Shown one piece after another: positions 50,559 through 59,412 of a DNA stretch of 64,000 nucleotides. The stretch is from assembly GCA_050916045.1 (NCBI GenBank), contig CP051526.1, positions 1,632,001-1,696,000 of the forward strand, read 5' to 3'. Under the pieces are notes generated by a model. That model ran no database searches, was not told the DNA's origin, and saw only the letters and a program-made list of their open reading frames with translations. Each line of letters opens with the position of its first letter. Positions within the stretch are counted from its first letter, which is position 1. A program made the translations under genes and the position numbers. This DNA is from Tepidisphaera sp. GTDB lineage: Bacteria > Planctomycetota > Phycisphaerae > Phycisphaerales > UBA1924.

Positions 50559-51560
50559 ATGGGACCAGATTTGAACGACATTTGGAACCGAGCGAGGGAC
50601 ATTCGCAGCGAATCAGGCTTTGAGAAGCTACCGCTGTTTCATAAGGCGATGTGCGGAGAATGCAAAGCCATTCTTTCCGATGGCGGACGAGCCCACTACA
50701 TGCCGTTCGACGAATCGCAGAGAATCAGCCTCGTCACCCAACCAGTCATGTTTGATAACGGCGCGGCAACTGAGTTGTTGGGCGTCTGGGTTGCGCGTGA
50801 GTTGAGGCGTCAAGGAGTTGGAACTCGCTTCCTTAAGACTGTCGCTCGAATCGCTGACGAAACCGGCGAACGTCTGTTTGTTCGGCCCTTTTTCGCGAAC
50901 GATAGAACGGTTGAGGATGCGGCGATTCAGGAGTGGGTTGAGCGGTTGGGCTTTGTCCACTTCGGATATGGCTCTGAACTCGCCGAGAGAAAGTTCTTTC
51001 GGCCTCCTCTTCTCGCTAAGGGAACTGAGGCGGATGAACGAGAGCAGGAGAAGGTACAGAAATACGGACCCGTCGAGGTAAGTGATTGGTCAAGGCCAAT
51101 GGTCTTTTACCGGAGCGATACAACACCTCGCACTGTTGCCCAAATTGAGCAAGAACTTCGGATTGCCAAAGCCGACGCTGTTCAGCCGATTCCTGAATGT
51201 TCTATGCCTTATCGCTGGTGCTACCAGAATGTTGAACGCGTTGTAAGGGAGAGAGGGGGAGAGTTGGTATTGGGTTGGCAGGTGACAAAGAACGGGATTC
51301 AGGGTAGGGGCGTCGAAATGGAATCCCATTCTATTTGGCGTAATCCACAAGGACAGCTTGTAGAAGTAACGAAAGGGCGTCCTGGATGGTTATTCGCTCC
51401 CTCTCCAAACGTCGTAAAGAACGAGCGGACGGCTATGTTGACGGTTCAAGAGGACACCGTGTTAGCCTTGAAAGTGAGCTATGCGAAGCAGCATGTGGTG
51501 GCCTTTAAGAATCCGCTTGTCCTTGAACCCGGCAAGCAGCGATTCAAGAAAAGGAAGTAG
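50559..51560 (+). CDS. AT-richer ORF: GNAT acetyltransferase domain fused to a Cys/His (papain/transglutaminase-like) domain
   Basis: VWVARELRRQGVGTRFL acetyl-CoA motif; WCYQNV...GGELVLGWQV...ESHSIWRNPQGQLVEVT; start may be 50394. Confidence 0.65.
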   Translation: MGPDLNDIWNRARDIRSESGFEKLPLFHKAMCGECKAILSDGGRAHYMPFDESQRISLVTQPVMFDNGAATELLGVWVARELRRQGVGTRFLKTVARIADETGERLFVRPFFANDRTVEDAAIQEWVERLGFVHFGYGSELAERKFFRPPLLAKGTEADEREQEKVQKYGPVEVSDWSRPMVFYRSDTTPRTVAQIEQELRIAKADAVQPIPECSMPYRWCYQNVERVVRERGGELVLGWQVTKNGIQGRGVEMESHSIWRNPQGQLVEVTKGRPGWLFAPSPNVVKNERTAMLTVQEDTVLALKVSYAKQHVVAFKNPLVLEPGKQRFKKRK

Positions 51561-51643
51561 TGGTGGATTCCCGGCGGGTGGCACGACTGTGGTCGTTTTG
51601 TGGGTGCGTGTAGGGCTCGTTGATCGGAGTTGGTCTTCGGCAG

Positions 51644-51724
51644 GTGGCACCGATGGCGGAGACGATCGGTGCCACGGGTGATGGCGTGCGAGCGGTGCCA
51701 CGGTCACCGTCAGCGATCGGTGTC
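51644..51724. repeat. REP-like cluster (GTGGCACCGAT inverted repeat plus degenerate copies)
   Basis: GTGGCACCGAT-N10-ATCGGTGCCAC at 51644-51675; further copies GCGGTGCCAC and GATCGGTGTC downstream; between convergent genes. Confidence 0.6.
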
Positions 51725-53359
51725 TCATGTCGCGTCGCAGGCTGCGCTGACCTGGTCCCACGAGAGGTCGAACCGGGCGAGGTATTTGCGGAGGCGGTCG
51801 GCGTCGTTCGGGCTTGCTTTCTTGAGGCGGGATTGGGCGAAGAGGGCGCGGCCCGCATCCGAGAGCGAGCGGCTTTGCTGGCAGACGCGGAGGACCTCCG
51901 CGAGCTGCACGCGGTCGAAGCGGTCGAGGCTTGCGGCGGCCGCGGGGCCGAGGAGCGTGTCGCAGGGGTCGGGGTCGGCGCTGTCTGTCGCGGGTTTGGG
52001 CGTCCACGCGCGGCTCAGGCGGGCGATCTCGGCTTCGGCGGTGTCGAGCGTGATGCGGCCGGAGGCGGAGAGGGTCGCCATGCGGGTGACGGACGCGGAG
52101 AGATCGCGGAAATTGCCGGACCACGGAGCGGCGGGGCTCATCGCGAAGTCGAGGTAGCGGGAACGGGCTTCGGCGTTGAAACGGACGGTGCGGCCGGAGC
52201 GCTTCGCGAACTGCTCGAGTTCGTAGTCGAGGTTGGGCTCGATGTCCTCGCGGCGGTCCTTGAGAGCGGGGAGGTGGAACGTCCAGAGGTTGATGCGGGC
52301 GAGCAGATCCTCGCGGAACGCTCCCTCGCGGGCCCGGGCGAAGAGGTCGCGGTTGGTGCCGGCGATGAGCTGGAAGTTGCTGGTGGATTCCGTGTCCGAG
52401 CCGAGCGGGAGGAACCGCTTCTCTTCGACAGCGCGGAGGAGCATGGCTTGCTCATCGAGGCCGAGCTCCCCGATCTCATCGAGGAAGAGCAAGCCGTCGT
52501 GGGCGGTGCGGAGCAGGCCTGTGCGGTCGGCTTGGGCGCCGGTGAAGGCGCCCTTGCGGTGGCCGAAGAGGGCGGACATAGCGGAATCGCCGCGGAGGGT
52601 CGCGCAGTTGACCTCGACGAAGGGGCCTTCGAGCTGGCGGCGGTGCTTCTTGAGCTCGTAGATGCGGCGGGCGAGCTGGCTTTTGCCCGCGCCGGTGGGG
52701 CCCATGAGGAGGAGGGGCTCGGTGGAGTGGGCCGCGACGTGCTCAAGCTCATCGATCAGGCGGTTGAAGCGGAGGCTCCGCGTGGGGATGCCGGACTTGA
52801 GGCTCGCGACGTTGTCGGAAAACTCGCGTTTGAAGCGGGACGCGATCGAGTCGTACTTGGAGAGGTCCAGGTCGATGATGCGGAACTCGCCGGCCGGGTC
52901 GCTCGCGTTGGGCTTGCCGCGGGCCCGGGGGCTGGTCTGGATGAGCTTGGCCGGGAAGCGCCGCGTCTCCGTCAGCATGAACAGGCAGATCTGAGCGACG
53001 TGGGTGCCGGTGGTGATATGGACGAGGTAGTCCTCGCGATCGGTGTCGAACGGGTACGCTGCGGCGAAGTCGTGGAGGACGGTGTAGACCTCTTCAAAGT
53101 CCCAGGGGTCGCGGGGGTCGGCGGGGTGGAGGCGGACCTCGGTCTCGGGGGAGACCAGGGCGATGTCGGCTTGGACCTGCTTGGCGAGGCTGGTGCCGCG
53201 GCGGGGGTAAAGAAGCTCGAGGCGGTGGATCGCAAGGTCCGGCTGCTGGCAGAGGGAGACGGTCGGGCGCCAACGCTCCCAGCGGTCGATGCCCCGACCG
53301 ACGTCGAGTGAGGTGCCGAGGAGGCCGAAGGCGACGGTTTGGCGAGAAACGCGACTCAT
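51725..53359 (-). CDS. rtcR: RNA repair transcriptional activator RtcR (CARF + sigma54 AAA+ + HTH)
   Basis: RWERWRPTVSLCQ, DPWDFEEVY, HITTGTHVAQIC, GPTGAGKS, GAFTGA, NDADRLRKYLARF. Confidence 0.97.
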   Translation of the reverse strand: MSRVSRQTVAFGLLGTSLDVGRGIDRWERWRPTVSLCQQPDLAIHRLELLYPRRGTSLAKQVQADIALVSPETEVRLHPADPRDPWDFEEVYTVLHDFAAAYPFDTDREDYLVHITTGTHVAQICLFMLTETRRFPAKLIQTSPRARGKPNASDPAGEFRIIDLDLSKYDSIASRFKREFSDNVASLKSGIPTRSLRFNRLIDELEHVAAHSTEPLLLMGPTGAGKSQLARRIYELKKHRRQLEGPFVEVNCATLRGDSAMSALFGHRKGAFTGAQADRTGLLRTAHDGLLFLDEIGELGLDEQAMLLRAVEEKRFLPLGSDTESTSNFQLIAGTNRDLFARAREGAFREDLLARINLWTFHLPALKDRREDIEPNLDYELEQFAKRSGRTVRFNAEARSRYLDFAMSPAAPWSGNFRDLSASVTRMATLSASGRITLDTAEAEIARLSRAWTPKPATDSADPDPCDTLLGPAAAASLDRFDRVQLAEVLRVCQQSRSLSDAGRALFAQSRLKKASPNDADRLRKYLARFDLSWDQVSAACDAT

Positions 53360-53360
53360 G

Positions 53361-53379
53361 GATAGGAGTTTATCCTATC
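53361..53379. promoter_or_regulatory. Candidate RtcR binding site (UAS) GATAGGA-N5-TCCTATC
   Basis: Perfect 7-bp inverted repeat abutting the rtcR start, about 70-90 nt upstream of the sigma54 -24 box. Confidence 0.6.
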
Positions 53380-53447
53380 GGCTAGTCTTTGGCGGGACTT
53401 GAGCGAGAGGGGTTGCGATTGGCGAGAATGGGGCGGGAAGCGGGGTT

Positions 53448-53463
53448 TGGCACGCCGCTCGCA
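53448..53463 (+). promoter_or_regulatory. sigma54 (-24/-12) promoter of the rtcB operon
   Basis: TGGCACGCCGCTCGCA = GG-N10-GC, divergent from the sigma54 activator gene rtcR. Confidence 0.85.
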
Positions 53464-53474
53464 TTGTGATCCTC

Positions 53475-53566
53475 GCCTCGAGCACGGGCTTGCGGCGGGG
53501 AGGGGCTGGCGGCTGGATGAAACGACCATCCGTCACCCCTCCCCGCGGCGGCGAGCTCGGAAAGGC
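53475..53566 (+). ncRNA. Long rod-like hairpin RNA in the rtcB leader (cis element or small RNA)
   Basis: Helices 53485-93/53551-59, 53495-505/53536-46, 53507-12/53530-35, 53514-16/53526-28; G-U pairs favour the + strand. Confidence 0.5.
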
Positions 53567-53584
53567 ATTGAGAAAGGTGAGCCC

Positions 53585-55105
53585 ATGTCAGACATCAGCA
53601 TCCAGAACACTCCCGCTTCCTCACAGGTCATCTCGACCGGCGAAGCGACCGGCATGATCCCCGTCGCGGGCGGGAAGTTCCCGCCGATCCGCGTCTTTGG
53701 AACGGAGAAGATCCGGAACGGGTTCGACGACCTGTGCATCAAGCAGGCGATCAACTCGCGGATGGCGCCGGGCGTGACGGACATCGTCCTCAACCCCGAC
53801 GCCCACGCCGGGTACGGCGCGCCCATCGGCTGCGTGATGGTGTCGCCCTCGCACATCTATCCCGGCCCGGTCGGGGTGGACATCAAGTGCTCGATGAGCT
53901 TGCTCCAGCTCAACCTCCCGGAGGATGCGGTCGCGGATAAGCGGGTTCGGCGCGAGCTGATCAACGCGATCCTCGAGCGGACGCCCACGGGCGCGGGTCG
54001 CGGCCAGCGGAAAGCTCCCAAAGCCCGGTTCGTGGATTACCAGCTCGGCAAGCGGGTCGTCACCGAGGGTGCTTCGGAGGGTGTGCTCCGCGAGATGGGG
54101 ATCCCCGTCGAGTGGGCTCAGCGGTGCGAGGATTCGCACCACACGGGGCACGACGACACGGCGGATGCCCTGCGGGCGCGGCTTGACGAGTACGTCTCGG
54201 CCGGGAACGGAGCGGAGGTCTTCGCGTCGAAGGTGTCGCAGCTTGGGTCGTACGGCGGCGGCAACCACTTCGGCGAGTGCGAGATCGTGCAGGTTGACGA
54301 TAACGACCAAGCCCGGTCGCGGGCGGAAGCGTTCGGGATGAAGGACAATCACGTCGCTTTCCTCTCGCACTGCGGCTCGCGTGGCTGGGGCGCGCTGCTT
54401 GCGGATCGGCAGTTCAAGTCCATGCAGCGGAAGTTCGAGGAGTGGGGGATCCCGCTTCCCGGAAACGACCGCCACATGGTGCACGCGCCGCTCGGCTCGC
54501 CCGAAGCCAACGCGTACCTGGATGACATGGCGATGGGCGCGAATTTCGCGACCGTCAACCACATGCTCATCAACGCGCTCGTGCTCGAAGCGTTCCGGGA
54601 GGTGATCCCCGGCACGACCGGCCAGCTCGTGTACTTCATCAGCCACAACATCGCTCGGAAGGAGATCGTGGACAACAAGCCGGCGTGGGTGCACCGAAAG
54701 GGCGCGACGCGGGCGTTCCCCGCGAAGCACCACGCTCTCAAGGAGACGCCGTTCTACGAGACGGGCCACCCGATCCTCCTGCCGGGCAACCCGCAGGATG
54801 GCTCGGCGGTGATGGTGGCCGAGCAGGGCGCGAAGGAGTCCGTGTACTCGGTGAACCACGGGGCGGGCCGCGCGATGAGCCGGACGGCGGCTCACAAGAC
54901 GCTCGACCAGGCCGCGATCGACAAGAGCTTCGCGGAAAGCGACATCTTGACGAACTGCCGCAACTACCCGCGGGATGAGGCTCCCCGGGCGTACAAGGAC
55001 TTCGAGGAGGTGCTCGCGAGCGTGAAGAAAGCGGGCTTGGCGAGCGAGGTCGCGCGGCTGAAGGCGCGGTTCGTGATCAAGGACGGGGATAAGGCGGATG
55101 ACTGA
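53585..55105 (+). CDS. rtcB: RNA-splicing/repair ligase RtcB
   Basis: PDAHAGYGAPIG, VGVDIKC, GGGNHFGE, HCGSRG, HN, HRKGAT, NHGAGR, DEAPRAYKD. Confidence 0.96.
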   Translation: MSDISIQNTPASSQVISTGEATGMIPVAGGKFPPIRVFGTEKIRNGFDDLCIKQAINSRMAPGVTDIVLNPDAHAGYGAPIGCVMVSPSHIYPGPVGVDIKCSMSLLQLNLPEDAVADKRVRRELINAILERTPTGAGRGQRKAPKARFVDYQLGKRVVTEGASEGVLREMGIPVEWAQRCEDSHHTGHDDTADALRARLDEYVSAGNGAEVFASKVSQLGSYGGGNHFGECEIVQVDDNDQARSRAEAFGMKDNHVAFLSHCGSRGWGALLADRQFKSMQRKFEEWGIPLPGNDRHMVHAPLGSPEANAYLDDMAMGANFATVNHMLINALVLEAFREVIPGTTGQLVYFISHNIARKEIVDNKPAWVHRKGATRAFPAKHHALKETPFYETGHPILLPGNPQDGSAVMVAEQGAKESVYSVNHGAGRAMSRTAAHKTLDQAAIDKSFAESDILTNCRNYPRDEAPRAYKDFEEVLASVKKAGLASEVARLKARFVIKDGDKADD

Positions 55106-55125
55106 TCCGCTGTCGGAGGTGCTTC

Positions 55126-55671
55126 GTGGTCGAGCTCAAGGACAGAGCCCTGTCGGACGAGCGGGACGCTCTGATCGCGGACATCCATCGACACTTCGCC
55201 GACGTGGACCGCGTCGGCGGAGTGTCGTGGAGTGAGTCTGAGGTGATCGACGACTGGGGCCCGGAGGAGGACTGCGCCGCCGCGAGAGTCCGCGACGCGG
55301 AAGCGTCGTGGACCGAGCTGGTTGATGATCCGGAGTGGTCCACATGGACCGGCTATGGGGGCTTCAGTTTTCTCGACGGCATCGGGTTTCGGTACTACGC
55401 CGCGGCGGCGATGGTGCGCTGCTTGCGCACGATCGAGGACTGCGGAATCCTGTTCCACCTGAATCGCCCGAGATCCGACAAGCTCGCGAAGCAACAGCTG
55501 GCAAAGTTCACGCCGGTCCAGAGCGTCTGCGTCGCGAGGTTTCTGGATTTCATGGCGAGAGCGGCCGAAGCACGGTTCAGCAGGGACGATGCGGATTTCG
55601 CGGGCTGGCGAGCGGCTTTGGAATCGCGCTGGCTTGAGTTTCTCACGAAATCGGGTGACGGTCGAGAGTGA
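55126..55671 (+). CDS. DUF6714-like protein, copy 1
   Basis: GGAGG SD plus GTG; FADV..GGVSWSE..VIDD, FSFLDGIGFRYY; family name recalled from motif, not searched. Confidence 0.7.
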   Translation: MVELKDRALSDERDALIADIHRHFADVDRVGGVSWSESEVIDDWGPEEDCAAARVRDAEASWTELVDDPEWSTWTGYGGFSFLDGIGFRYYAAAAMVRCLRTIEDCGILFHLNRPRSDKLAKQQLAKFTPVQSVCVARFLDFMARAAEARFSRDDADFAGWRAALESRWLEFLTKSGDGRE

Positions 55672-55675
55672 TTGA

Positions 55676-56224
55676 ATGAACACGCAGCCAGACAATCTCG
55701 AAGCCAGGAAAGAACGGCTTGTCGCGGAGATCCATCAGGCGTTCGCGACGACAAAGCTCGGGAGCGGCCTTTCGTGGTCGCAGACCGTTCAACTCGACGA
55801 CTGGGAGCCTGAGGAGATCGTGCGGGCCGGCCGCCATGTGGAGCCACCGCATTGGTTGGAGCTTGTCGACGACGCGGAGTGGCATCCGTTCCCCGGCATC
55901 GGCGGCTACAGCTTTATTGATGCGGAGGGGTTTCGATTCTACCTGCCCCCGACGATGATCCGCATGGTTCAAGGGTCTTGCGAGTGGTACCCCGGCCACC
56001 TGGTGGGAATCATCAATCGATTTGCGAGCGACGAGCCGGAATCGCTCTTTAACGAAAGCCAATGCCGCTGCATCGCCCGCTTCTTGAAGTTCATGCTCGA
56101 TTGGGAGCGTGCCATCATCGAGACCTCCAAGTACGAGAACTCGCAAGCACTGTTCGAAGGCGATGAAGCTCCCTGGCAAGCCGCGCTCGACTCGTTCTGG
56201 AACCGGTACCTTTCACCTTCGTAG
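55676..56224 (+). CDS. DUF6714-like protein, copy 2 (paralogue of the preceding gene)
   Basis: GLSWS..LDDW, WLELVDD, YSFIDAEGFRFYLP, IARFLKFM, WQAALDSFW. Confidence 0.72.
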   Translation: MNTQPDNLEARKERLVAEIHQAFATTKLGSGLSWSQTVQLDDWEPEEIVRAGRHVEPPHWLELVDDAEWHPFPGIGGYSFIDAEGFRFYLPPTMIRMVQGSCEWYPGHLVGIINRFASDEPESLFNESQCRCIARFLKFMLDWERAIIETSKYENSQALFEGDEAPWQAALDSFWNRYLSPS

Positions 56225-56245
56225 TCCACTTCCGAAAGCTCAATC

Positions 56246-57256
56246 ATGCTTCACATCGACGGTTCACAAGGCGAGGGCGGGGGGCAGATCCTTCGGTCAT
56301 CGCTCGCGCTCTCCATGGCGACGGGCACGCCGTTTCGCATCTCGAACATCCGGGCCGGGCGTCCCAAGCCCGGCCTCATGCGGCAACACCTCACCTGCGT
56401 CCTCGCCGCTCAAGCGATCTCGTCCGCTGAAGTCAACGGCGCCGCCGTCGGCTCGCGCGAGATCACCTTCACGCCCGGCCCCGTCAAGCCCGGCCCCTAC
56501 AAGTTCGTCATCGGCACCGCCGGCGGCACGATGCTCGTCCTGCAAGCGGTCCTTCCCGCACTCCTCCGTGCGGGCGGGCCGTCGGTCATCACGATCGAGG
56601 GCGGGACGCACAATGAGCACGCGCCGCCCGTGGAGTTCGTCGAGCACGCACTCCTGCCGCTTCTCGCGCGGGCGGGGGCTTCGGTCAAGCTCACGCTCGA
56701 CCGGCACGGGTTCTATCCCGTCGGCGGCGGGCGTGTCGTCGTTGAGGTCGCGAGCCCGGCGGCTCCGGTACCGCTTGAGGTTATCGAGCGCGGCGAGCGG
56801 ACGGGTGCGAACGCCAGAGCGATCGTGTCGCGGCTTTCGGGCCAGATCGCGATGCGTGAGCTTGAGGTGCTTCGCGAGCGGATGGCGATGTCCGAGGATC
56901 AGACCGAGATGGTGCAGGTCAAGGACCCCGTGGGTCCGGGAAATGCGGCGTCGCTGACGCTTCGGTATGAGCACATCACCGAGGTCTTCTCGGCGGTGGG
57001 GGCGCCCGGGAAGTCGGCCGAGTCGGTCGCTCGCAGCATCGACCACGAGGCGCGAGGCTACATCGCGAGCGGCAAGCCCGTGGGGCCGCACCTCGCGGAT
57101 CAACTCATGGTCCCGCTCGCGATGCTCGCGGGCGGTCGGTACGCGACGGGCCCGCTCACGGCGCACGCCACGACGAACATGGCCGTGCTCCGTGACTTCG
57201 GCGTGCCCGCGGCGTGTGACGACGCCGGGGTGGTCACGGTCGGAACCCTGCGATAA
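56246..57256 (+). CDS. rtcA: RNA 3'-terminal phosphate cyclase
   Basis: IDGSQGEGGGQILRSSL, IRAGRPKPGLMRQH, GGTHN..APP, GFYPVGGG, catalytic HLADQL. Confidence 0.96.
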   Translation: MLHIDGSQGEGGGQILRSSLALSMATGTPFRISNIRAGRPKPGLMRQHLTCVLAAQAISSAEVNGAAVGSREITFTPGPVKPGPYKFVIGTAGGTMLVLQAVLPALLRAGGPSVITIEGGTHNEHAPPVEFVEHALLPLLARAGASVKLTLDRHGFYPVGGGRVVVEVASPAAPVPLEVIERGERTGANARAIVSRLSGQIAMRELEVLRERMAMSEDQTEMVQVKDPVGPGNAASLTLRYEHITEVFSAVGAPGKSAESVARSIDHEARGYIASGKPVGPHLADQLMVPLAMLAGGRYATGPLTAHATTNMAVLRDFGVPAACDDAGVVTVGTLR

Positions 57257-57270
57257 ATCTGATTCGAGCG

Positions 57271-57296
57271 AGTCGGCGCCTGCGGGCGCCGGCTTT
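57271..57296 (+). terminator. Hairpin after rtcA
   Basis: AGTCGGCGCC-TGCG-GGCGCCGGCT followed by TT. Confidence 0.5.
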
Positions 57297-57325
57297 CCCG
57301 CGCTCAAGATCGGTCCAAAAACGAA

Positions 57326-57356
57326 GCTGGAGACTCGCAAGATGCGAGTCTCCAGC
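57326..57356 (-). terminator. Intrinsic terminator of tRNA-Ser(GCT)
   Basis: Perfect 14-bp stem GCTGGAGACTCGCA-N3-TGCGAGTCTCCAGC followed by TTCGTTTTT on the minus strand. Confidence 0.8.
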
Positions 57357-57360
57357 AAAA

Positions 57361-57452
<92 letters not shown>

Positions 57453-57521
57453 GGGTACGAGCGAAGGCAAGGATAGCCCCGCAGGCTTCGGGCTGCCACT
57501 GTAAGGGGGGTTCGGGCTGGA

Positions 57522-57944
57522 TCAGCGGCGAGACGCGGACGAGTCCACTGCGGCTTCGTCCGGGGCCGGGCCCACGAAATAGAACCTCGCAACCGCGATC
57601 TCGAACCGGTCGCCGTCGGGGTGTTCCATCAGGAACGCTCCCTCCATGGTCCCCCAACGCGTCTCGAGCGGGCAGAAGCTCGTGTACTCGTACGTGTCGC
57701 CGGGCTCAAGGGTCGGCTGCTGACCGACGACGCCGTCGCCCTCGACCACGTGGCGGTCGCCGTCGGCGTCGATGATGATCCAGCGCCGCTTGCGGAGCGT
57801 CGCCGTTCGGATCGAGTCGTTGCGGATGGTGATGTGGTACGCGAAGACATAGCTTGAACGCGTGGGGTCGGAGTTCTGAGGCAGGTACCTCGGCTCGACC
57901 TGAACGCTCAGCCCGTGCGTGGTGCACAGCGATCCGCGCGACAT
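57522..57944 (-). CDS. apaG: ApaG protein
   Basis: YVFAYHITIRN, RRWIIIDADG, VEGDGVVGQQP, YEYTSFCPLET..GTMEG. Confidence 0.95.
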   Translation of the reverse strand: MSRGSLCTTHGLSVQVEPRYLPQNSDPTRSSYVFAYHITIRNDSIRTATLRKRRWIIIDADGDRHVVEGDGVVGQQPTLEPGDTYEYTSFCPLETRWGTMEGAFLMEHPDGDRFEIAVARFYFVGPAPDEAAVDSSASRR

Positions 57945-57971
57945 GGCGTCAAACGTAACCATGACCGAATG

Positions 57972-58295
57972 CTATGGCTCCGGGCTTGGCCGGGGCGTTT
58001 GGGCCGGTTCGCCCGAAATCGCCCGAAACAACTGTGCGACCTCCGGCTCGTGGGTGGCCCATCGGACGCCCTCCGGCGATGCGTCGAGCTTGACGGAGCG
58101 AGATGCGAGGCTCCAAGTTTCCGCGGCACCAAGGAGCCCCGGAAGATCGGTCTTTCGTGCCCAAAGGACCCGCGCTTCCCCGCCGCTCAAGCCGACCGCC
58201 AGGTCCTGGACGCCCATCTCGGCCAAGGCGCCGGCGATCAGCACCGCTCGTTCCCGCGGGTTGCCGCGTGTGATGAGCCCAGAGTGCTCACTCAT
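57972..58295 (-). CDS. Hypothetical protein
   Basis: 107 aa ORF whose ATG overlaps the end of the upstream gene and fills the gap before apaG. Confidence 0.5.
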   Translation of the reverse strand: MSEHSGLITRGNPRERAVLIAGALAEMGVQDLAVGLSGGEARVLWARKTDLPGLLGAAETWSLASRSVKLDASPEGVRWATHEPEVAQLFRAISGEPAQTPRPSPEP

Positions 58296-59412
58296 CGCTG
58301 GCGGGCTCCGGGCGTGCCGCGGGGTCCTCATTGGTCACCGGACCCTGGGAAGACGAGGGCAGCCAGATCTCCCGCTCGTGCTGCCCGTCGCAGACCCGAC
58401 GCAGCAGCAGATACAGCACCGTCGAAGCGGCCGCGAAGACCGAAAGCGTGCAGGCGGCCGCCAGAAGCTCGGGTACCGACTCCCAGAGCCCCATGACCCT
58501 CGCGGCCATCGTGGCCGAGTCGCCATCGGACGCCAGGCTCTGGACGGTTTCTGCCGAAAGCCAGTGCGTGCACGCTCCTCGGGCAAGGGTGACGGCGGTC
58601 GAAGCGACCCAGTTTCCAATCCACCCCACCGCAAGGACCTGCGCGAGCCCGATGGCCGCGAACAGCGCCAGCCGAAGCGGTGCCGCGAGCACATACGCGA
58701 TCGGCCGCTGAAGTGCGTCGATCGCATCACCGCGACCATTCTCGCCCGATCCGGTGCCCTCGCACACGACGGCGGGCGCGAGCATCGGCGTTGCCAGGAC
58801 GAACGCGCCTCCGACAATCACCAAGCCGATCGACAGGATCACCGCCACACCGTAGAGCAACGCTCCGACGATGTTCAGTCCGCTCACGGACAGCAGCAGC
58901 CCGCCGACACCAGCGAACGCGAAGAGAACCACCGCGACCAGACCGGCCGGCACCAGAAGCACCGCCGCGAGAGATCCAAACCGGGCCGAAACCAGGCGAA
59001 GGGCACGCTTGGCGGGGACCAACTCGCCCGTGGCGAGCTCGACGGCCGCCATGCGAGCGATCGTCGCCATCGCCGCCATGACGACAAAAGCCGCTGGCGT
59101 CCCGACCGCGAGCAAGGCCCATGCATGGTCTGCGGCAAAGGTCGCGAACTGGCTCAACGCTCGAGAAGGCTCGCTCCAGGACCAAAGCCCGGCGCGTCCG
59201 AAAGCCGACTGCCAAAGCGAGAGCAGGCTCTGCGAAGTTTTCCACGGCACCGGGGTCCGGATCAGCCCCGCGATGATCACCATCGCCACCATCGCGATGA
59301 GGACACGCTCGGGCCTCAGGCCCAGTCCGGCGGCGCGGAGCATCTTGAGCCAGAGAGGAGCGGCAGGGGCCTCGGGGATGCGTGAAGGGATGCTGGAAGG
59401 GGTCGTGGTCAC
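58288..59412 (-). CDS. Hypothetical multi-pass membrane protein
   Basis: About 6 TM; DAIDALQRPIAYV, YLLLRRVCDG. Confidence 0.75.
   Translation of the reverse strand: MTTTPSSIPSRIPEAPAAPLWLKMLRAAGLGLRPERVLIAMVAMVIIAGLIRTPVPWKTSQSLLSLWQSAFGRAGLWSWSEPSRALSQFATFAADHAWALLAVGTPAAFVVMAAMATIARMAAVELATGELVPAKRALRLVSARFGSLAAVLLVPAGLVAVVLFAFAGVGGLLLSVSGLNIVGALLYGVAVILSIGLVIVGGAFVLATPMLAPAVVCEGTGSGENGRGDAIDALQRPIAYVLAAPLRLALFAAIGLAQVLAVGWIGNWVASTAVTLARGACTHWLSAETVQSLASDGDSATMAARVMGLWESVPELLAAACTLSVFAAASTVLYLLLRRVCDGQHEREIWLPSSSQGPVTNEDPAARPEPASDE

Noticed and set aside
53399..53584. 62-aa N-terminal extension of RtcB in the ORF track
   Set aside because: It overlaps the sigma54 promoter and leader hairpin; the SD (GAAAGGTGA) supports ATG 53585
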